A stretch of 63,764 nucleotides of DNA, filler included, from Stramenopiles sp. TOSAG23-3 (taxonomy: Eukaryota): the NCBI GenBank assembly GCA_900128585.1. It is 5 parts of 5 records of this genome, joined end to end, with 100 filler letters (N's around TTAATTAATTAA, not from the genome) between each part and the next. Parts side by side here need not be neighbours in the genome. Positions count along the whole stretch, not along the records: positions 20,040 to 39,776 come from LT642390.1; 4 more parts are not named here. The stretch is one strand, 5' to 3'. Made by a program: the position numbers and the translations under genes. Positions 21,654 to 30,400 of the stretch are shown one piece after another (the first letter of the stretch is position 1; every line of letters starts with the position of its first letter). The notes beneath the pieces are model-generated. The model saw only the letters and a list, made by a program, of their open reading frames with translations. It ran no database searches and had not been told where the DNA came from.

Positions 21654-22688
21654 TCAAAAACTTTGCAGCGAACTTGCGCACCATAGGTCAACGGCATAGC
21701 TCAGAAAGTAGAACGAAAACTGCAAAATGATGCACCACTGCATCAGCCCCATCGCATTCATCATCCCTGGCTGAGAGGGCTTCACGTCCGGGTTGACGTC
21801 CTCTTTCTTCTGGGGCGAAGAGGAAGAAAATATCTGGCTGGCCAGCATGGGTGCAAACATTATAAAGGAGGAGTACTTTAGCAACGCCGTGCGAAACGCG
21901 CTTATTTTAGCGACTAACGGGATTTGAAGCAAAGCGCTGTGCGCGGATGCTTCCGTGTATAATTGCTGGCTCAGCTGAGAATGGTTCATGGATCCCATCA
22001 TGAACATGACGGCACTTCCCCAATGAACAAAACTTTTCGGCGACAGTTTCATTTCCAGCGTAAATAGACCTTGCAAACCCGCCCCTATGGCGGCAAGATA
22101 CCCATACCATATGCAATTATTTGCCATATTTTTCCGACGGATATCGTCATCAAACATCAAGTGTTGGTTTACTAACACTTCCCGGACAATGAACACGTGA
22201 GTGGCAAGAGTAATACCTACACCAACGAAACCAAATTGGTAGACGAGTTTTTGTGGCTTGGCGACGCCCAACGCCGAAATGGCAGGGAAGAGGACCCCTG
22301 GTTCTCGCAGAGGGTACCATAAAACATACGCTGTTGAAACTGTGAGGAAAAGGCACGATATGCATGCCACAGGAGCGGCTATCCACATGCCCTTTACCCC
22401 CGTCAGGCTCGAGAATCCTATCAAAACCAGTGCAAGAGGCAAGACGCACCAACGGTGTACCCACGGCGGAACGGCACGATCTTTTGCCGCAGCAGTTTGT
22501 GCCTGTATCCGCTTCAATAGAGAGGTCGCCTTATTTGAATGATGAGCTTTTATGGACGCCGCCAAAGCTGCCTCTGCGCCATCGAAGTCTGACTGCCTTA
22601 ACATCGTCAAGGCCCGTGCATAATAACCTGCAGCCAGTACTTTATCCTCTTTCAACTTGGGAGAGATCTCCTCCTCCGGTGTCGTCAT
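21654..22688 (-). CDS. Frag1/DRAM/Sfk1-like membrane protein with an N-terminal TPR-like helix pair
   Basis: 'PAISALGVAKPQKLVYQFGF', 'VHWGSAVMF', 'GLMQW'; N-terminal 'YYARALTMLRQSDFDGAEAALAASIK'. Confidence 0.7.
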   Translation of the reverse strand: MTTPEEEISPKLKEDKVLAAGYYARALTMLRQSDFDGAEAALAASIKAHHSNKATSLLKRIQAQTAAAKDRAVPPWVHRWCVLPLALVLIGFSSLTGVKGMWIAAPVACISCLFLTVSTAYVLWYPLREPGVLFPAISALGVAKPQKLVYQFGFVGVGITLATHVFIVREVLVNQHLMFDDDIRRKNMANNCIWYGYLAAIGAGLQGLFTLEMKLSPKSFVHWGSAVMFMMGSMNHSQLSQQLYTEASAHSALLQIPLVAKISAFRTALLKYSSFIMFAPMLASQIFSSSSPQKKEDVNPDVKPSQPGMMNAMGLMQWCIILQFSFYFLSYAVDLWCASSLQSF

Positions 22689-23087
22689 GTCTCTTCGGCA
22701 ACCAACAAACGTTTTTCAAACGCTTTATATGCTTATTCAAAATTCTTGTCTATATACCTTTATAAAATGCGCAATGCATTTCTAATTATGATTTCTGGAA
22801 GAAAAGGTCGACCATCACATGTGGTTGATTCCATGGTTGGTTCAAACACTTCTTTCTAAATTCAAATTCTTCTAATCGAATGTGCACTGATTTTGTAGTA
22901 GTACCAGGTACATGTAAATATTATATTGTACCTACCATGTAGTCGTCCTGTCCTATTAAGCTAATTTTTTCTTCTTTTTCTTCTCTATAAATACAGCAGT
23001 ATAAAAGAGGAAGAGAGATAATATATAGACTGACTATTGATGTGTACTTTTACAAAAACTATTAGAAAGGCGGCGAGCGATATTGTT

Positions 23088-25253
23088 TTATTTTTTGGAT
23101 TTTTTCCCTTCATCAAAATCCTCCTCCTGATGTTCTTCATCATGATTGTCATGTCTTTTAACACTTTTGGCGGCGCGGAGAACCCCCGATACAACTTTAC
23201 GCATGATGGTAGTGCTTAATACAGCTTTCATTGCTCCTTTCAAACGTTGTTTCTGCTCCGTTCGCCACTCCCTGTAATTGACCGAAACGGGTCGGGACAA
23301 ACGGGGACAAGCCTCCACCGCAATGACGTCTTGGCGAGCGCTCGTGACTCTCAAAAGCTTCTTCATGTGTGGCACTTTTTCGTTCATGGTTAGGCCGTAT
23401 TCGTCAAAATGTCCATAAAATTCGAACGGTTCGCTCCCATCCAACTCCGTCATGCCTAGCATTGGCATCGACTTATAATTCAAATGGAATGATGTATGAA
23501 GTCCATGCTTGGGAAATTTTTCCTCCATTCTCTTCCGAAGGTACAAGTGAAGCATGAACTGGTTTTTGCAAGAGATCGTCGTGTTGACAAAATACTGGCG
23601 GTAACGCTGGCCGCGTTTGTACATGTACGAGTCAATAACACCTTCTGGCAGTGCATCTCTCAAATACTTTTGGAGAACTTGGAGGGGTGATTGCATCGGG
23701 GCATTGGGAGTTTTTGGGGTATGGAGCGGGAAGTCGTTTGTCCAATCTACCATGAGCACTGTCCTTTCCGGGCCCAGCAACTCTTGAAGGCGCATTCGCG
23801 GGCGACCGAACTCGATGCACTTGCAATACGCAACGTGAAGTTTCGGCAGATTCTCATCCTCCACCCGGTAATATATTCGCTCCTCCTCTCCAGTTGAATC
23901 ATTATGTAGAATATTGAAGTGGGATGCCTTCCCTGCATCAATGTCCGTTTGCGGTAGCGGCGCTCCAAGAATTTCCATCAAATGCTCTGTCTGGCCGTCG
24001 TGTTCCTCGCTGAGAGGCCTGCCCAGTCGCTTCCACATGTTCTGTACATGCTCGTGGGCGGTTTCGCACCAGTAGTCTCGCTTCGACATATTTACATTTA
24101 TTGATTCGAACAGCTCAACTATCTCGCTGTGGTTTTGGCTTGCTGCGATCATGATTGGCGTGCGGCCGTTTTTGTCCACAGCGTCCTTTTCAGCCCCGTA
24201 CTGGAGCAACAATTTGACCGCCTCAATCGCGCCTGAAAAAGAGGCAAAATGGAGGGAGGTACTGCCATCTGGCATTTCTTCCGCGCGCCCATGAGTTATG
24301 CCCAGATTCGCGTTCGCCCCCTTTTCCAACAGCAGCGAGACCATTTTTGTCCTGTCTAAGCCACGCGTCTCGTCGCTCACCATAATGGAACAGCAATAGT
24401 GCAGCGGTGTCCAGTCGTCGATATTGTCCGCATTAAGCTCAGCTCCCGCTTCGATTAGCATCCTAGCAATTTCGTAATGGCCACCGAGAGCTGCGATGTG
24501 CAGTGGGGTCTCACGAGACGTGCCCGTGCGAGTCATCACATTGACGCGCCCTTCCGCCAATATTTTGGCGACCGTGTCCGGCTCGCCAAATTTAATCGCT
24601 GCTACCAGACCTTGTTCTACATCTGTCAGCTTCTCTCGTGCTTTTTCACGCTGTGCTATCGTTTGGGAAAATATAGCTTCTTGTTTGCGATACTGCTCTG
24701 GCCGTTGAAATTCGCGGGGCTCTTGGTGTTGTCTATCTAAGTCTACTTGCTCGGTCGCGCTCTCGTTCATTGCGATCAAGAGTTGGTCGTACACTCTCTT
24801 AAGTTCTGTTATTTCGGCAAAAATGTTATCCCTGAACGGAAGCGGTCGCCCGTTTCGAATCATCATGGATTTGTCGTGCTCCTTTTTCGAAACAAGTTTG
24901 CCGGACTCTACTACGTCCAACTTTGCAAGTGTTTTTGTCGCATCTGATTTTTCGATTAACTGTTGCAGCCGCTCTTGGTCTTCTTGCCAACGCCGTTTCT
25001 CGGCGGCCACGCACATGTGGTATTCCGTCGCACATCCCTGAAGGTCTCTCAAAGCCTTTCTAGTATCAAATAGCATGCTTTCAACAACCCCCTGCCGCTG
25101 CTTCCACAAGTACTCATTTCCCTTGGTGCTCGCTGCATATTCTTTCCTTGCAGTGTAAAACCGTGCACGCAGTCTGTCCAAACGCCGTTTCAGCTGTTCG
25201 TACAGGTCCCAAGGGTCCTCCTCCACCTGTTGTTGGCCCTTCGAGCTGCTCAT
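23088..25253 (-). CDS. Coiled-coil plus ankyrin-repeat protein with an unrecognised C-terminal domain
   Basis: TPLHIAALGGH, WTPLHYCC, TSLHFASFSG, GRTPIMIAA; likely start MSSSKG at 25253. Confidence 0.85.
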   Translation of the reverse strand: MSSSKGQQQVEEDPWDLYEQLKRRLDRLRARFYTARKEYAASTKGNEYLWKQRQGVVESMLFDTRKALRDLQGCATEYHMCVAAEKRRWQEDQERLQQLIEKSDATKTLAKLDVVESGKLVSKKEHDKSMMIRNGRPLPFRDNIFAEITELKRVYDQLLIAMNESATEQVDLDRQHQEPREFQRPEQYRKQEAIFSQTIAQREKAREKLTDVEQGLVAAIKFGEPDTVAKILAEGRVNVMTRTGTSRETPLHIAALGGHYEIARMLIEAGAELNADNIDDWTPLHYCCSIMVSDETRGLDRTKMVSLLLEKGANANLGITHGRAEEMPDGSTSLHFASFSGAIEAVKLLLQYGAEKDAVDKNGRTPIMIAASQNHSEIVELFESINVNMSKRDYWCETAHEHVQNMWKRLGRPLSEEHDGQTEHLMEILGAPLPQTDIDAGKASHFNILHNDSTGEEERIYYRVEDENLPKLHVAYCKCIEFGRPRMRLQELLGPERTVLMVDWTNDFPLHTPKTPNAPMQSPLQVLQKYLRDALPEGVIDSYMYKRGQRYRQYFVNTTISCKNQFMLHLYLRKRMEEKFPKHGLHTSFHLNYKSMPMLGMTELDGSEPFEFYGHFDEYGLTMNEKVPHMKKLLRVTSARQDVIAVEACPRLSRPVSVNYREWRTEQKQRLKGAMKAVLSTTIMRKVVSGVLRAAKSVKRHDNHDEEHQEEDFDEGKKSKK

Positions 25254-25815
25254 GTTAGAAACCCTGCTAATATTAAAAAAATGGTTCCAGTGTATTGAAA
25301 CATGAAACACGATTTGCATCAAATTCTTTTTTTTGCATTGCAAATACAGAGTAAACATGACAAGACAAGTTGAAGGTCACTGCAAGAAACATTATAATAA
25401 TATTATTATTATACAAAACTACAAGCACAAGGAGGAACAACAACAGCAACAAATAAAAAAATAATTGAAAAAATAAAAAAAAATATAATAATAACGGAAT
25501 AATGAGAAGAAGAGTTCAGAGTAATAATCAACGTCAGTCAGAGTTCAGAGTTCAAAAGTAATCAACGTTTTTAAAGACATGTCATTCTCATAGGTATTTA
25601 TTTTTATTGCTATGTACTTTTATATACTAATATACAAAAATACTTAAAATAAATTATACAATACAATATTCAATACTTGTACCGGAACAACCCACTAGTT
25701 AAATTTTTTAATTATTATTTCAGCACAACAACAACAAAGAAACAACAAAAGAACAAAAGAAGAAGGAGAAAGGAGGAGAGAGGATGAGGGAGGAGGGAGA
25801 GGAAGATAAAAGTTA

Positions 25816-25910
25816 TAGAAGAAGAAGAAGAAGAAAGAAGAAGAAGAAGAAGAAAGAAGAAGATGAAGAAATGATTATTATTATTATTTATTATTATTAT
25901 TATTATTTTT
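25816..25910. repeat. (GAA)n followed by (ATT)n microsatellites in a divergent spacer
   Basis: Visible tandem runs. Confidence 0.8.
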
Positions 25911-26124
25911 ATTTTTTTAAAATTAATAATAAAGAAAGATACGGTTTGTTATCCCATTAATTATATCGACAAAAGAATTAAAACGATCATTCTATCTATA
26001 ATTCATACGAACAGTTTAAAAAGTCACCTTGAACACAGGGGTAGGCAATTTCAAATTAACAGAAAAATTTGCTTCTATTTGTATCCTTATTTTACGTGTA
26101 GTTATTGTTCAGGACCTCATACTC

Positions 26125-26883
26125 ATGTCTACTGTCGATTTTTCTGGCCAGGTGGCAATTGTAACCGGTGGGGCCTCGGGGATTGGCTTCGCGTGTGCAA
26201 AACACCTTGGGGTTCGAGGTGCTGCCATTGCACTTTTTGATGTCAACCAAGAGAAATTACGATCGTCCCAGCAGCAACTTGCGCGTGATGGGATCACAGC
26301 GATAGACGTAAAGGTCGATGTCACGAGCTCCTCTAGTGTTTCTGCAGCTATGAAGACCGTCGAGTCAAGGTTTGGTAGAATCGATATTCTGGTACAAGCT
26401 GCTGGCATTACTGGTATAACTGGTATAAATACGGAAGAGGTGGACGAACGAAACTTTGACTTGGTTTACAATATTAATGTGAAAGGCATATTTTTGTGCT
26501 GCAAATATGCTTTGCCTGTCATGAAAAGGCAAAATTATGGGCGCATTGTTAACATTGCCTCCGTCGCTGGGAAAGAAGGCAACGCAGGAATGCTTGCCTA
26601 CTCGACGTCGAAAGCCGCAGTCATCGGTCTCACCAAAGTTATGGGAAAGGAGTATGCAGAGACAGGAATTACTGTAAACGCACTGGCGCCAGCTGTAGTG
26701 AGGACCCCAATGGTTGCCGCAATGCCCGACGAGCAAGTTAAGTATATGACGGATAAAATTCCGATGAAACGTTGCGGAGAATTGCACGAAATTGCCTCAA
26801 TGGTGGCATTCATTGCCTCGAAACAAGCTGGGTTCACCACTGCTTTCACATTCGACGCTACCGGGGGACGCGCCACTTACTGA
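26125..26883 (+). CDS. Classical SDR oxidoreductase, resembling bacterial LRA5-type 2-keto-3-deoxy-L-rhamnonate dehydrogenases
   Basis: TGGASGIG, YSTSK catalytic motif, 'ASVAGKEGN', C-terminal 'FDATGGRATY'. Confidence 0.88.
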   Translation: MSTVDFSGQVAIVTGGASGIGFACAKHLGVRGAAIALFDVNQEKLRSSQQQLARDGITAIDVKVDVTSSSSVSAAMKTVESRFGRIDILVQAAGITGITGINTEEVDERNFDLVYNINVKGIFLCCKYALPVMKRQNYGRIVNIASVAGKEGNAGMLAYSTSKAAVIGLTKVMGKEYAETGITVNALAPAVVRTPMVAAMPDEQVKYMTDKIPMKRCGELHEIASMVAFIASKQAGFTTAFTFDATGGRATY

Positions 26884-27415
26884 TGAGATGTGGATGGAGG
26901 GGATTATTATATTTAAAAAAGGGGGTCTGCGCGAAATAAAATTTCAGGATATGCTGTCTACAAGGAATAATATTTTGTTTACCCCCTAAAATTGTTTATC
27001 TTCTCGTAATAATAATATAATTATATTTAATTTAAATAACGAAGAGAAGGTGGAAGAACGGTCTTCCCAATACAATATATTATTAATAATGAACGTACCA
27101 GGAGGTATTTATATAATTCCGGTTCGTACCGCCGGTGGTACGAGATACGAGACCCGAAATAATATAAAAGTACCAATAGTCTAGTATTTTAGGGGTAGTA
27201 CGTTGGTACGTTGGACTCTTCTTCTAGATATGATAATATAGAAGATAGTAGAGTCTCTGCTACTATTTTTTTCGCTTCTTGTTGTTTTCACCATCAATCA
27301 TCGAGGCAGTTAACTCTATACTTCGTATGTCCTGATTGATGATATTTACGAACGATCGTTGATAAACTCATACGTAGATTTTCATTGCTTTTGAAATGTT
27401 TTCTAACGACCCTTT

Positions 27416-30400
27416 TTGGTTTTATTTTGGTTGGTCGCCTTGCCACAATGTCGAGGGGTTCAGCAGTGGGACTGTCAACCAAAGGACACGCTAAACGGTT
27501 TTGTTCGTACTGTGGTAGATAATTGTGCGGTAGGGAAGTTGACTTCTAATAAATGCAATCTGCACGATGGAATAGACAATCATCCAACGTCCATATGCTC
27601 TGGCTGGGATAACTGCCACCTAGAACTTACAGGAGAAAAACAACATGGATACGCTCAAATTACGCGAGCTGACAAAACTCAGAACTATCGGTTTCTAACA
27701 GTAGGCAACGGGGGCACAGCTGTACTAAGAAGGTTAAACATTACCGGATGGCAATCTGATGCTAATTCGAAAAGTGGCGGGGCAATATATGTATACACAA
27801 ACCAAAATGCAAACTCGCAAGTTACAATAATGGACTGTTTTATTGTGGGAAACCAAGCGAGCCAAGGGGGAGCAATCTTTTTTGAGACTGGAATTAATAG
27901 TCCATTTAAGTCAACAGTATCTATTCTCAACAGTTCTATTTACAAGAATACTGGTAGGAACGGTTGTGCGATATACGGCAAAAGTAGTAGCTCTCTGGCG
28001 TTGGAGAACACAACAATTTTTAACAATAGTGTGGCAACTGGGGGGAACTCTAAGGGCGGCGCGATCTTTGCCACCGACGGCACCGTGATCACCATTCGGC
28101 ACTCCATTATATGCGCTTACGAAAAAGGGGCGATTGAGACAGAAGATAACGTCGTTTTAAAGACCTTCAATTCCAGTTTTGTGTACAACAATACAGCCCG
28201 ATATGGTGCATGTTTCATTACAGGCGCATCATGTGGGCCTGGGGAATTTTATAAATTAGGAATTAGGACCACTGCAAATTTAAAGACACAGCCAACAAGT
28301 TCTTGTTCCGTCTGTAACCAGGGAAAGTATAACTCAGAGCCGAACAGCGCGGAATGTGACGACTGTCCTGGGGCAAAATACACAAAATTTCCTAGTAATC
28401 CTAAAGTTGAAAACCATCAACATGTAAGCGATTGTGCAGACCCCCCAAGGGTTTTATGGTATACTCCTGTGAATGGATCCACTGAAGGAAATGTGTCTAC
28501 CGAGTTCCACGGTAATTTTTTTGGCAGCAGTGCTTCTACCGTGATCGAACTGGTATCTGCTCGAAAGCATCATCCTTCGTTGGTATGGAGAAACATAGTT
28601 CGTCACAATGCATCTTTTTTTACCGCAATTTCGCCTGCAGGAACTGGGGTCAATCATAGGATTGAAATAAAAGTAGATGGGATCAAAGAAACAGAAGCAG
28701 CCTTACTCTTTTCGTACCACCCTCCAAATATCACCAACCTTGTTTCCCCACCCCTGCTAGGGGGGACTATGCAAATTTTTGGACATAATTTTGGATCGAA
28801 CACTTCCATAATTGACGTTTCTGTTGAAGGCGGAGGGTGCACTAAACCCTGTGAGATAGAAGGACTATCTGGGAATATTCTGCAGTGTCGATACAACCTT
28901 AAAGTTAGTAAAACAGAATGCCGATCTGTTACCGTTCGCGTCGATGGCCTTAGCAGTCAACCTTTCCAGTATTGCTATGAAACAGAACGAGGAGAAATAA
29001 CGGGAATACCACGATCGAATCAGCACGTTGACGAAGCCGAGTCGTATGAGTATCACATAGCGTTATCCAGCAGCGTTAAGCCAGAGTCTGAGGTAGCAAT
29101 TACACTTTCGGCTATTTCAACACGGCCGAATTCGCTCCCTTGCGCTGTTGTCCCCAAAACCGTAATTTTCCCCGCAGGTTACAATAGTAGTGTGCCAAGG
29201 CTTATAAAAGTTTCAACCAGCGGGAATTTGGTCGATGAGGGCACTGGGGAGGCGGTGTATTCCTGTGAGATTATACATAAAGTTGATTCTACAACAACAG
29301 ACGATGGGTATGCGAAGGCGGCTACTAAGAAGTTGGTCATAAACGTTATTAATGACGACCATGCAGATCTGAACCTGTGGACATTTAATCAAGAAACAAA
29401 GAAATACGACTACGAAGTGAAGTTTATTGGCCCGTTGTGCAGCAACGAAGGGGGCGTCACAAGGTATGGGATCAAACTAAGCACGGAACCCGCATCTCCA
29501 GTCCAGATTGAGCCAACAATCGCTCTCCAGGGCCGGAATGGCAGAGTATCTGCCTCTCCGCCAGTCCTGCAAACTATTCCGCCTTCAATTACATTTGATG
29601 CTTCCAATTGGACAAATATATCAGAATTTCAGATCCGCTCTGTACACGATGATGTAGATAATGATAGGGAGCAGTATCGCATCAATCACAATATTGTAAC
29701 AAGCGATAAAGTTTTGCTGGAGAAAGTTACTAAGAATCGTGTCGTAGTTGTTCTCAACATTGACGATGATGACCATGCAAGCATTGATTATCATAAGTCT
29801 GTATCGATTGAGGAAGGAGGTGCTCGTGTGACAATTGTAGTTAGAAGCCTTGGCTCAAAGCCAACTTCTCCCGTGCAATTGTATGCAACCTCGCCGCCAG
29901 CGTCCAACATTCAACTTCATACAACCCACGTTCCATTTCTTGTGTCCCCGAACTCATGGAATAATTTTTCGTGGTCAATTTCTGTTGAAGCAAATATGGG
30001 CGTGCTTCCAGGGGGTGCGTATGTGAGACTACGTGCACAAAGTTCCGATCCAAAATATAACTCGTCATGGCTTAATTCGAACACGTCAAAGGCGTCAAAA
30101 AATATTAATTTGAATGTCAAGTTAAAGGAGAGGAAATTAAATCTCTTCCTACCAGGTGGGCATAGAGTTGAAGAAGGTAGTGTCTATGAATACACTGCCA
30201 GTTTGACTGCCCCGCTCAATTCAAATACTAATTTTGTGGTCATTAAAATCACAACAACTTCTGATAAATGTGAAGTTCTGGATCCTTCCTTTATTCGCTT
30301 AAAATCCAGAAACGCTACCACAAAGCTGAAGCTGAAGCTTCGTATTATGGACAACAATGTAGACGAGGGAAACACTACTGACCCATACTCAACTTGTCAA

